Origin: Neocallimastix sp. 'constans'
Lineage: Eukaryota
NCBI GenBank assembly: GCA_050613775.1
Contig: JBODTK010000112.1
Span: forward strand, 310,001 to 374,000
Length of the DNA stretch: 64,000 nt
Direction of reading: 5' to 3'
Below, piece by piece: positions 1 to 15,439 of the stretch; the first letter of the stretch is position 1; each line of letters starts with the position of its first letter. A program made the position numbers and the translations under genes. A model generated the notes under the pieces. It had not been told where the DNA came from and made no database searches. It saw only the letters and a program-made list of their open reading frames with translations.

Positions 1-1754
1 TTATTAATTTGCTCATTTCTAATCATTTCTTCATCATCATTCGATATATCATTCGATATATCTGATAAAGGAGTTAATAGATTGCTATTATTATTAGTTG
101 ATATATTAATACTACTACTATTATTGTTAATATTATCAAAATTACTGTTATTATTAATATTATTAATATTAATATTAATATTATTATTATTATTATTATT
201 ATTATTTATTTCTGAATATGAAGGGGTTGTATATGAATTATTAGATAGTATATAATTATTTAGTATATTTGGTGAATTTAATGGTGTGTCAAAATTATTT
301 AAAGTGTTTGTTATTGATTCAGTGTTTTTTTTTAAGAAATCATAATCAACAACAGAATGATTATTAATATTAATATCAGTTTCCTGATTTTTATTATTTT
401 CACTGAAGTTATAATTTCCAGGATAATAACTTTTTTTGCTATTTAAATTATTGGCATCCTCATCATTATCATTTAATTCAAAAAAATTTAAAAGATTTAA
501 TTGTTGGGTATCTAATGCTGATGAAGCACCTTCATTATTATTATTTTTTGTATTGTTACTACTATCCTTTTTGTTATTATTTTTAATGCTTTTATTATCT
601 TTATTTTTATTACTACTTTTTTTTCTTGAATATTTATTATTATTATTAATGCTATTATTTACTGTTATATCAAATGCGTCATTATAAAAAATTCCTTTAT
701 TTCGTTTATTCATTAATTTAGTATCTTTAATTGATTCATTTATAATATTAGAATTTTTATCTTCCTTATTATTTAAATTTTTCAGATTATTAATTTTATT
801 TATTTTTTTTCTATTTCTCAATTTTGAATTATTTCTGGTGTTATAACTTTTTCTAAATGTATTTTCTGATTTTAATTCATCGAAAATAATATTATCGTTC
901 AATTTTTCGTTTTCGTTTTCGTTTTCGAGTTCATTATCATTTTCATTATCATTTTCATTTTCATTATCATTTTCATTTTCATTATCATTTTCATTATCAT
1001 TTTCATTTTCATTATCATTTTCATTATCATTTTCATTTCCATTATCATTTTCATTATCATTTTCAATTTCTTTTTTATTTTTATTTTCATTTTCAAAATC
1101 ACTAGAATCGGTATTATTTTGATTATTAATATTGGAATCCAATCTATATATTCGATACTTTTTTAATTTTTTTTTTAAATTATATATAATTTTATATGTT
1201 GTTTCATCACAAATTGTGTCATCTTCTAGAAAATTATAATCTGTTTTAATAATAGGTGATTTTAATTCAGAAGGTTTTTTTTTCCTTAATTTATAACTTT
1301 TCCTGTGTGTAATTAACCAAGAATAATCAAGAATTTCATCTGTACGAAAATTTTTTTTTCTGAAACTGATAATATCTTCATAGTCAAACCCTATGCTAAA
1401 AAAAAAGCAAAGATTGTTATCATTAATATCATGTAAATTAAGACTTTTAAAATAATTCGTTTTGAAACCATGATATTTCTTTTTAGCTCGAAAATATATA
1501 CCATGCAATACTTTATAATGTAATGATTTATTCTTTATTTCCTTATTTTCATTAATGTATTTGAATAAAATATCCAAATTTTTCACTATAAAAAAAAAAT
1601 TACAGTTTTTTTCTTTTAAATTTTTATGTTCTACTAACTCTTTAGATTCTAAGTATGTATACCAATTATTTATACATTTTTCAATATTATTTAAAGATAT
1701 CTTTTTACCTTTTAAAAATTCCCAAATTTCAGCTTTTGTAATTTTTTTACTCAT
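1..1754 (-). CDS. Uncharacterised Asn/Lys/Glu-rich protein, 3' end runs off the window
   Basis: Manual translation from ATG at 1754 gives MSKKITKAEIWEFLKGKKISLNNIEKCINNWYTYLESKELVEH... The frame is open in all segments checked (1081-1754, 841-900, 1-60). It is missing from the ORF track, presumably because no stop lies in the window. A possible splice acceptor (ttag) near 1801 means an upstream exon may exist. Confidence 0.65.
   Translation of the reverse strand, partial: MSKKITKAEIWEFLKGKKISLNNIEKCINNWYTYLESKELVEHKNLKEKNCNFFFIVKNLDILFKYINENKEIKNKSLHYKVLHGIYFRAKKKYHGFKTNYFKSLNLHDINDNNLCFFFSIGFDYEDIISFRKKNFRTDEILDYSWLITHRKSYKLRKKKPSELKSPIIKTDYNFLEDDTICDETTYKIIYNLKKKLKKYRIYRLDSNINNQNNTDSSDFENENKNKKEIENDNENDNGNENDNENDNENENDNENDNENENDNENENDNENDNELENENENEKLNDNIIFDELKSENTFRKSYNTRNNSKLRNRKKINKINNLKNLNNKEDKNSNIINESIKDTKLMNKRNKGIFYNDAFDITVNNSINNNNKYSRKKSSNKNKDNKSIKNNNKKDSSNNTKNNNNEGASSALDTQQLNLLNFFELNDNDEDANNLNSKKSYYPGNYNFSENNKNQETDININNHSVVDYDFLKKNTESITNTLNNFDTPLNSPNILNNYILSNNSYTTPSYSEINNNNNNNNNINININNINNNSNFDNINNNSSSINISTNNNSNLLTPLSDISNDISNDDEEMIRNEQIN
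903..1095 (-). repeat. Coding hexanucleotide-type repeat (GAAAAT/GATAAT) encoding (EN/DN)n
   Basis: Repeated tcattatcattttc / tcattttc units on + strand, in frame with the ORF at 1-1754. Confidence 0.8.
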
Positions 1755-1822
1755 ATTTATTATTTTAGTAATTTTGAATACAAATATGATTTTGAAGGTT
1801 CTAATTATATTTTAAAAAATAA

Positions 1823-1860
<38 letters not shown>

Positions 1861-2441
1861 CCTTTTTTCGTATTTACGCTAAAAAAAAAAATAATGAAGC
1901 ACTTATTTATTCTTGCTATATATTATTCATTATTTCAAATAAATAATGATTCTATAAATATCCTTCATTATTATCTTCTCTAATTGCTTTTAATAAAATA
2001 TCTACTCAATAATATAAATTTTTTGAATTTCTTTTATTAATATGGAAAAAAAAAACCATATATATAATATATTAAAATATATATATTTAAAAAAATTTAA
2101 TAAATTATTTAATTCTACCTCAGAGAAATAAAATGGAAAAAAAAATTACAAATTTAAAAAAATTAGTAAATATTACTATTTAATATTTTCAATAACGAAT
2201 AACGACAAAAAAAAAAAAAAAAAAATTAATTAATAATATGTATTTAATTATATTATAATATAAGTTTTGAAATATATTAAATTTACATTGTATACATTTA
2301 ATAACTACTTATTTATATTGGACTTTTTTATTTTAATTAAATTTATTATTAAGTATTTTTAAAATCTTATATAATCTTCACATCATAAATTATATTCGTA
2401 AAAACTAAAAATATAATATATATAATATTAAATATATGTTT

Positions 2442-2474
<33 letters not shown>

Positions 2475-3135
2475 CTTTCGTTTTTTCTTTTCTTTTTATA
2501 TTGTATATATTTTTAATATTTTGTATTTTTATTTTTATTTTTATTTTTTTTATATTTATTTATCTGTTTTTATTTTATATACATATTTTTTTTTTTTATT
2601 TTTTTTTTTATTTTTTATTTTATATTTTTTTAATTTTTATTTTTTTAATTTTTTAAATTTTTATTTTTTAATTTTTTAATTTTTATTTTATATTTTTTAT
2701 TTTTTAATTTTTAATTTTTAATTTTTAATTTTTAATTTTTATTTTTTAATTTTTAATTTTTAATTTTTATTATTATTTATTATACTTTTTAACAAATTAA
2801 TATTAAAAAACTTATTCTTGAATTCTTTTTTTAATTAGATTTTGAATTTTTTATATTATAATTTATTAATATTTTTTATGCTAAAAAATTATTATTTAAA
2901 GTGCCATTTTTAATATATATTTTATATATTAAAAATTTTACAATTATAAAATAAATAACATTAAAATAACATTTTTTCTCCTATTTTATAAGAGTATAAA
3001 ATTTATATGGTATTTGTTATTAATAAAAAAAAAAGATCTTTTTTCTTTTTATTGTTTTACAATGAATATTAATTATATATATTAATAAATATGAATGAAC
3101 GATATTCCTCTTTGATGATTATATAAATAATAAAT

Positions 3136-5651
<2,516 letters not shown>

Positions 5652-5991
5652 TCTAAATATTAATTATATTATATATTTTATAATATATATATATTTTAAG
5701 AGAAAAGTAGATGTTAAAATTTTATTTTTAATTATATTTTAAATTTTAAAATTAATATAAATATTTCATAAATTTATTCGAAAAAAATATTATTTTATAC
5801 TAATTTCACTTTGATGTATTTATCATTTTTTAAAACTTTTTTTTTCTTATAGTTACAATTATTTCTAATATTTATTTTATGAAAATTAAAGAAAATTTAT
5901 AATATATAATAAAGTATTATAAAATATTTTTACTTTTATTATTATATTAATGAAGAAATGAAGAAAATGCAAATTCTTTTTCAAAATATTA

Positions 5992-6025
<34 letters not shown>

Positions 6026-7103
6026 TTTTAATTATTTTTTTTAAATAAAAAAAAAAAAAATAAAATAAAATAACTATCTTATAATAATTAAATATGTAAT
6101 AAGAAGTAATTAGATATTCTTTATTCTTTATTATTAAATTTTATAAAATTTTACATTAATATTTATTAAATTTTAATTAAAATTTTATATTATTATTTAT
6201 TTTATAAAATATTATTATTGTTATATTTATTATTTATTTATTTAAAATAAAAGAGATAATATATATAATTAAAAAACAATTTTTTATGATATTTCTTATT
6301 CTAATTATTTAAAAATCATTTTATGTTTAAATATATTATATTTATATAAATTATATATTTTATTAATAAATATAATAGTAAAAATTTAGTATAAAACAAA
6401 AATTATATCTTGTTATTTAATAATATATAGGTTAGTTTATAATGTAATATAAGAAATTGTATTAATATTATATAACACTATATTTATCAAAATACCCTTG
6501 GAATATAACATACCAAACTTTCAAAAGAATAAGTGATTTATTTTCAAGAATAAGAGATTTTATTTTATATTATCCTTTATTTATTTAGAAAAGTTACGAA
6601 TAATAAATTATTCAGAAATATTAAATTTTTTATTTATGGATTTATGGTAATTAATTAATTCAAAATTAAATAATAAAATGAAGAGATATTTAAATCGCAT
6701 TAAAAGAAGAAGAATAATCTGAATTGCCGTATAAATAATTCAACTTACAAAAAATTCAAAAAAAGAAAATAAATAAATAAATAAATAAACAAACAAACAA
6801 ACAAAACAAAAAAAAAAAAAAATATTATTTAAAAATATTTCAATATTATAAAAAATCAAAATTAAAATCCGCATGAAATGTGAAATTGCAGTTTTATTTA
6901 TTAATCAATTTATTGATATATATGAAGTAAAACAATATTGATAAATGGAATGAAATTACAATCATATATCTGTGAATTTAATGTATATAAAATAAAAAAA
7001 TATTGAAAAATGAAATAAATTAAATATTAATAAATGAAATAAATACCAATTATTTATTTATATGAATTTAATTATGCATATAATGTAATAAAATATGATA
7101 AAT

Positions 7104-7269
7104 GAAATTCCAATCAACTATTTTGATTTTATTATTTATTTATTAAATTATTATTATTATTAAAATATAATTAATAATTGAAATAAGAAATTCCAATCAA
7201 CTATTTTGATTTTATTATTTATTTATTAAATTATTATTGTTATTAAAATGAAATTAATAATTGAAATAA
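7104..7269. repeat. Tandem duplication, 2 x ~83 bp, between the divergent RPT5 and BET genes
   Basis: gaaattccaatcaactattttgattttatt...aattgaaataa at 7104 and 7187 with few mismatches. Confidence 0.85.
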
Positions 7270-7425
7270 TAATTAAATGTGTAATTAAATTTTAGATTTT
7301 AATAATTGAAAGATTTTATTAATTTTTTATAGATTCGTAAAATGAATTTTATGTTTTAAAATTATAATCTTATATTTTAAAGTTTTATTCAAAAATATAT
7401 AACATTTTTTATATTGATATTATTC

Positions 7426-7465
<40 letters not shown>

Positions 7466-7892
7466 TTTAATTTATATTAATTTAATTAAATTAAATTTTA
7501 AATTTAATTAATAATTTAAAAAATTTATTTATAATTGTTGAAATTAATGATATAAATTAATATTAATCAAGTCAAAAGGTAAATATAAATTTATAATTTA
7601 TATAGTATAGAATAAAATTTTAAAGGTATAAATTTATATATAAGAAATAGTAACATTTTATTAAAACAATGATATTTATGAATAGATAATAATTTAAATA
7701 ATAAAACTACTTTATAATAGAAAGGTAATAATATAATTAATATATATACATTTTCTTAATTTTGAATAACCAATTTATTATAATATAATATAGTTTGATA
7801 AATAAAAAAAAAAATAATAATCATTTCTGTTTTATTAATTATAAATTATTGTATACTAAATATAAATTAAAGACCAAGTAGCATTATACCCA

Positions 7893-10800
7893 ATGAGTTC
7901 TAATGTAATAATTAATTTTAAAATTAGTAAAATTTATTATATAATATCTTAAGATGAAAGAAAGAAATTATGAATCTTTATATTTATTTATCTATTAATT
8001 TATTTTATCTGTTAATTTATTTGTAAAGATAAATGAAACGGCTGATTTTATAAAAAAGTCACCAAGTATATTACGAGATCAAATAAAATACTGTAATACC
8101 ATGCTCAAGGCCTTACGACGTCATCCTGATTCTGGTCCTTTTCTTGATCCTGTTGATCCTGTAGCACTAAATGTGCCTGATTATTATGATATTATTAAAC
8201 ATCCTATGGATTTAACAACCTTACAAACGAATTTAAACTCCGGAAAATACGCCGATAATCCAGATTTATTTATAAATGATACAAGATTAATTTTTTCAAA
8301 TTGCTATACATATAATGGAATAAACTCTCAAATTTCAGAAATGGCAAAAGCTTTAGAAAAAGTATTTGATAATATGTTGAAAAAAATGCCTAAAGAGGTA
8401 TAATACAAAAATTATATAAATATATTAAAATTATAAATAAATATTTTATTCAATATTATGTTTTAATTATAATTATAAGGGCGACCATTCATCTTATGGA
8501 TCAAAATCAAAAATTAATCATTCAAGTACATCAAAAAAGCACCCTAAAAAAGTTATATTAAAAGGAGAATTAAAATTTTGTAAAGAAACTATAAATGAAA
8601 TGTTAAAAAAAAAATATACAAATATTAATATTCCGTTTCTCGAACCGGTTGATCCCATAGCATTAGGTGTTCCCGATTATTATAATGTTATTACCAATCC
8701 TATGGATTTATCAACATTAAGAAAAAAATTAGAAAGTGGTGAATATGAAACAGCTGATCAATTTGAACATGATTGTCGACTTATTTTCTCTAATTGTTAT
8801 ACATATAACCATCCAGATTCGGAAGTATATAAAATGGGTCAGAGTCTTGAAGAAGTATTTAATAATAAATGGAAGCATAGACCAATAACAAAAGATTCAT
8901 CATCAGGTAATTTTTATATATTTTTTAAATTTATATGTATATATATTAAATATATATATATATATACCTTTTATTTATGTATTTATTTGATTAAAAAACA
9001 ATTATAATACTTAAACTTATTTCACAAAATTTATAAAATTTAATTTAATATAAAATAATTATTTCACAAAGATAAAAAACAAAATAAGAAAAAAGATAAC
9101 AAGTATACAAGTTCAGCTAATGTATCAACTCCATCAATTAATCATCAAGTGATAGAGCATTCTCCATTGCGTCAAGCATCAACGATAAAGATTGAAACAA
9201 ATGAGTATTCATCAGAATCAGATTCTTCAGATGTTTCAGATAAGGAAGAAAATAAAGAAACTGAAAATATTGAACAAATTACTAATAATGGTATGAAAGA
9301 TGAAGAAGAAGAAGAAGAAGAAGACGAAGAAGAAGAATATGAAGAATATAATGAATATGAAGAAGATGATGTTGATGATGAAGAAGAGGATAAAAATGCT
9401 GGTAAAATAAAAATAGTATAATTAAATATCATTTTTAAATATATTTTTTTATTAATTTAAAATGAAGAAAAAATTTCCGTAATATCAAAATAATAAAAAT
9501 ATTTAATAAATCGATAATATTTCATTGATTCTTATAATTTATAATAAAATACAGAAAATTTAAAACGAGAAATAAATCAACTTCAAAAAACTCTACAAAT
9601 TTGTACTGAGAGATTATCATTATTATTAGAGAAAAAAGCTCAAGCAGTTGCAAGAAAAGCTAAAAAAGAAAAAAAAATAAAATTATCTGGAAAATCAAGT
9701 AAAACGACAAAACAAAAGATACCAAAATTGAAAGCTACGAAAATAACAAAACCATTAAAAATGGTGAAATCGGCAAAATCATTAAAAGAAATAGAGAAGA
9801 ACTTTAACGAAGAAGGTGAAAAAGAAGACACGATTAATTCTACAAATAAAATTCAATCACCAAAAAAAGGAGATTTAAAGCCAAAACAATCAAAGCATTT
9901 AAAAAATAAGTTAAAGAGAAAAAGTGAGAATGAAGATAGCGACTCTGAACTTGATAAAATAACTGAAATAACAATGGAACAGAAGAAAGAATTAAGTGAA
10001 AGTATAAATAAATTACCTCCAGAAAAATTGGGTGAAGTAATTCAAATTATACAAGAGTCTATGTCACTGGTATGGTTATAATATTATTTAAAAAATTATT
10101 ATATTTAAAATTAACAAAATTACTATAATAATTAATTGTAATATTAATTGATTTATAAAGGAAACTGGACAAGAAGAAATTGAATTAGATATTGATTCAT
10201 TTGATCCATCAACACTTTATAGACTGTATCGTATTGTTGTAGAGAATAAACCAGATATTCCTCTTTCTAAAAGAAGAAAAATTCAAAAAGAATATTCGAA
10301 ACAGCATAAAAGTAAGCAAAATGTAAAACAATAAAAGTTTAATAATATATATAATAATGTTATTATATAATTAATTAAATATAATTATTAGTAGTATCAA
10401 ATTCAAATATGGATGAAGTATCCTCAAGTAGTTCAATATCTGATACGGATTCGGATGATGCAGGTAGCAAAATAATTTTCATAATAGATTTTTATAATTA
10501 TATAATTATATATTTTAATTATTAAACATAAAAATTGAAACTATTTTATATAATACTATATATATATTATATATATATATAATTTTTTATAATATTATAT
10601 ATATTTTTTTAAATATAATAATATTATTATTTTTTAATTTCATTCAATTTTGTTTTGATCATATTTTCACGTATTTTCATACTGTAAATTCTAAATATAA
10701 AATAATATGAATATTAATATTAATAACTAACAAAAAAAAAAAAATATTTTGCAAAAATTAAAAAAAAGTTGATAAAAAGAAGGTAAATTACTTTGATATA

Positions 10801-12018
10801 TATTAATAATTATAAATTTAAATTTATATATTAAATAATTTTTTTCCTTTTTTTTTTTTTTTTTTTTTGTATTTTTTGTTTTTTAACTAATTTTAAAATT
10901 TGAAATTGATAATAGAAAATAATCAGTGAACTCCAAATAAAAAGTGATAATAAAGATGTAAAAATAAAGTCACACCGTGGATCTAGAAAAATAAGTGATC
11001 ATCCAAAGAAAGAAAATTCTGAATCATCAAAAGAGGAAATAAAAATTTCTTCAAATAATAAACCAAGTAAATATATAATAATAATAATAATTTATTATAT
11101 TATATTATATTATATTATTTATTTATTTATTATTAGTATTATTATTTTATTTAATTAATTATTAATTTTTATTAATATTTTAAAATATGGTAGATACTCC
11201 ATCAATAAGAAATCAACAAAAATCATCAAGTGTAAATGAAACGTCTTCATTAAATAAAACAAATAATATAAATAAAATAAATTCTTCAAACAATATAGAA
11301 GATAATAAAAATCAATCTCAATTTGAGAATTCTTCATCAAAAATAGAAGATATTAGTGAATATATTGATAATTATGTTGCTGCTGCGAAGGTAAATATAT
11401 TTATAAAAAATATAAATAAAAAGATAATTTATTAATAATATAGTAAATTAATATTTTGTAAAATTATTAATTTTCATGAAGAATGATAAAAAACAAAAAG
11501 AAATTGAAGTATCACAGAGAGAACGAAGTCATGATTGGAGAAAAAGGTAAATACATAGATGAATAATTTTAAATTTTTAGTTAATTCTACTAAAATTAAT
11601 TTTTTTTTTTTTTTATTTTTTTATTTTTTTAAATTTTATGTATATATATTGAAATAAAATGTAGTAAATTGAATGAACTCCACTCATGGAATGAAAAAGA
11701 TTTAAAAGTAACATCTGAAATGGAAGAAAAAAGAAAAAAATATATTGAAAGTCTGAATGAACCGATGGTATGGAACATAAATATTTACACATATATATAT
11801 ATTATTATAATTATTAAGTAATAATATTATTATTTAATTTTAATTAATAATAATAGGATGAAAAAATGAAATGGGAACATAATAAAACATTAATGCAAAA
11901 CTTCTGTAGAGAAAGTGATCAATTTTCATTAGACAATCCAGGAAGAATAAGAACTCAACTTGATAAGATAAAAAATTCAAATTTAGACATTTTTCCTTGG
12001 ATGGATACAGTAGAATAA
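7893..12018 (+). CDS. BDF1: BET-family protein (Bdf1/BRD-like): two bromodomains, ET domain and a C-terminal extension; about 12 exons
   Basis: Micro-exon ATG AGT TCT AAT (7893-7904) splices in frame to 8029. BD1 PFLDPVDPVALNVPDYYDIIKHPMDL...NCYTYN; BD2 PFLEPVDPIALGVPDYYNVITNPMDL...NCYTYN; acidic linker; ET domain ITMEQKKELSESINKLPPEKLGEVIQII...EIELDIDSFDPSTLYRLY. Last exon 11857-12018 ends PWMDTVE*. Exons between 10.4 and 11.4 kb are less certain. Confidence 0.88.
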
Positions 12019-12699
12019 TTTTTAAAAATAATAATAATCTTAAAAATAATAATAACAAGACATTAATTTATTATTTTATTGAATATATATCAATAAAATT
12101 ATTATTAATTTAATATTACAATTATTATAAATAATTTTAAATCATATAATACAATTATTTTTATTATATCTTTATTGTTCGATAACTCTTTTGTGTTTAA
12201 ATATTTATTCTTATTTATAGAATTAAAGATTCTCTGAAAAATAGTTTTTTTAATGTATTTAATAAAAATTTTTTGAATATTTTTATTATTTTATTTAAAA
12301 TTTTAAATAAAAAATAAATTATTTTTAAGGATACTAATCCAATAGTTTTTTAGAAGAAAATTTTGTATTTTTTTATTAAATATAAAAATGAAAATAAAAA
12401 TATTAAAATATAATTAAAAGTAATTATATAAGTAAAAAAAAAATTTGCTAATAATTCTATTCTAATGAAATAAGGTTATTCAAATTAAATGGAAATCACA
12501 TGATTTAAATTATAAATTACGAATAATTAATCATTAAAAAAAAATCAAAAAAATTCTTAATTTAATAATATAAATTTACTATATTTATCAAAAATAATAA
12601 GATATAGATATAATAAAGTGATATTTAGAATTTTATAAAATAGCGAAGAAGTTATAATAAAAAAAAATATTGTGTTTTTATTTATTTTATATATAAATA

Positions 12700-14879
12700 A
12701 GTAAGTAATTATATTTATTTATGTATTATATGCAATCTAAAATCATAATTAGATTTCGAAATTTGTATTAGTATAAAATGAAATAATATGTATTAAAATA
12801 GTAATAGTAATAGTAATAATAGTAAGAGAAAGAGTAATTACAATTTTTGTTTTAATTTTTATGGAAATAATATATATATATTTATTATTATTATATTATG
12901 TATAAGTGGGAAGTAAAAGACAAACCAGACTTAAGAAAAAAGAACTTATCGTTGATAGTGATTCAGTTGAATCAGATGAAATTGTTGAACAAGAAGAAGA
13001 ATATATTGTAGAAAAAGTACTTGATGTTAAAGTTGAAAAGGTACGTAAATATTTTTGAAAATTGCTCATAAATAAATTTTTAAAATTTAGTTTTCTTCTA
13101 AATATAAAATTTTTAATTTATAAACAAAAATCGTTTTAAACAAATATATAAAATAATTGAATAAATTAAAATTAATAATGTTTTTAATTAAATATTAATT
13201 AGGGAAAACGTTATTATCTTATTAAATGGGAAGGATATTCATCTGAAGATAATACTTGGGAAAGTGAAGACAATTGTGTAATTATTATATATGTTGAATT
13301 TAAATAATTTTAAATTAAAACAAATTTATAATGATCTTTTTTTTTTATATACTATTTTACATTTTATGATTATTTGTTAGTTTATGTGTTGGTTTTATTA
13401 AATATATATATATATATATTTTCTTATTATTATTATTTTGTTATTGTTATTAATTATATTAAATTTTCATTATTTTTATTTTAATTTAAATTAATCTATA
13501 TTAATTTAAATGAAAATTTAATGATTTATTTATTTAATCGTTTGTTATTACTTAAAGGATTGTAAAGATTTAATTGAAGAATTTTATAAAAACAGGAATG
13601 AAAAACAAAAAAAAACTAAAAAAGAAAAACCTATTACTAAAGAAGAATTAGTAAAGGTTGAGGAAGAAGAAAAGAATAATAAAAAAAGAGTAAGTGAAAA
13701 TATATATGTATATAAATAAAAAATATAAACAAGATTAATATCTTTTAATTAATTTACATTTTATTTGAAACAATTGATATATAACACTTTAAAACAATCA
13801 AAAAAATTTTTTATATGATTATTGAAGAAATCTCCCGAAAGTACCGACCAAAAACAAAAAATGAGAAAATCTGTAAAATCCGTTAAGGAGGAATTAATAG
13901 ATTCAAAGCGAAAACAAACAAATGAAAAGCAAGATTTATCTAATAATAAATCTGAAGAAAAAATAGGTAAAATAATAATAGTTGTAAAAATAATAAATAA
14001 GTAAAAGTTAAATAAAAAAAAAAAAAAAGAAACCATATAAAAAAAATAAATAAATATAAAAAAAATAAATGAATATAAAACTAAATGAATATAAAACTCA
14101 ATTGGAAAAGTAGAATTTAACATTAAAGTGATTATAATTCAGTTCAAAAAAAAAAAAAAATCCGTTTATAAAAAAATAATTTTCGGAAGATCAAATTTTA
14201 TTATTAAAATAAAATTAATAAATTTTGCTAGAAAGTAACATCATGATTCACTTATAAAATATGAAATTAAAAATAAAAAAGATAATAATAATAAATCACA
14301 TTATAAAAATTAATAATATACTAATAAATGGAAAAAAAAAAAAAATTAAAAAATAATAATAAATGTAATTAATAAAAAAAAATAAAACTTAAAAATACTT
14401 CTTACTTGTACCATTATTACATTTATATATATATATAATTATAATTATTATATTATTTTGTTTATATTAAAGAACTTTCATGCTATATATAAAATATTAA
14501 TGAATTATTTAATCTAGAATTTTACAAATACTATGTACCAGAAGGAAAACTTCCATCCTCAAAAATGAGCAAAGATTCATGGGAAAACTTAATTGATTGT
14601 ATTGAATCTATTGAAGAATCAGATGAGGCTGTTAATAAGAAAGATAAAAATGATATTATACGGCTAAAGGTTTATGTTCGTTGGAAGGATGGTGTTCGAA
14701 GTGTTCATACTAACCAGGTTACGAATAATAAATGTCCAAAAAAGGTATAATATATTTAATAAATCTTATAATAGATATTTTTATAAAAATTTTATTAATA
14801 TTTTATGAAAATATTTTAAATTTAATAGATGATAGAATTTTATGAAAATCATATTCGCTTCTTGAAAAATCAAAACTAA
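12700..14879 (+). CDS. swi6: HP1/Swi6-like protein with chromodomain and chromoshadow domain
   Basis: Chromodomain EEEYIVEKVLDVKVEK|GKRYYLIKWEGYSSEDNTWESEDNC|DCKDLIEEF from exons 12907-13040, 13203-13277 and 13558 onward. Basic hinge. Chromoshadow SWENLIDCIESIE...LKVYVRWKDG...NNKCPKK|MIEFYENHIRF. TAA at 14877-14879. Start inferred as A|TG split by an intron. Confidence 0.88.
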
Positions 14880-15198
14880 ATCGGCTAAGAGTTATTACAA
14901 AAGTAATAAATAAAAAAGTTTAAAATTTAATAATTTAGGTTTTTTATATTTAACAAATAATAATAATTAAAATATAACATGAGAAATAGTAAAAGTTTAA
15001 ATAAAAATAAAAATAAAAAAAAAAAAAGATTATTGTACTACAGATAATATTTATATTATTTAAAAATTATAAATAATAAAAATTAATTGAATTCATATGA
15101 TCCGTGTTTTATATATATAATATTAAATATATATTATAATTATTAGCTATTGTTAAATTTCAAATTATTTTAAATATTTTTTTATTTTTTATTTTTTT

Positions 15199-15231
<33 letters not shown>

Positions 15232-15333
15232 TATTTTTTTTTTTTCTTCACATTTTAATAATACTTCAAATTTTATTATTATTGTTATTAAAATATACAA
15301 AAATAACTTATAATTTAGTAATATAGAATATTA

Positions 15334-15439
<106 letters not shown>

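Noticed and set aside
436..1815. ORF-track entries 436-687, 899-1102 and 1555-1815
   Set aside because: Antisense or alternative-frame shadows of the long minus-strand ORF at 1-1754.
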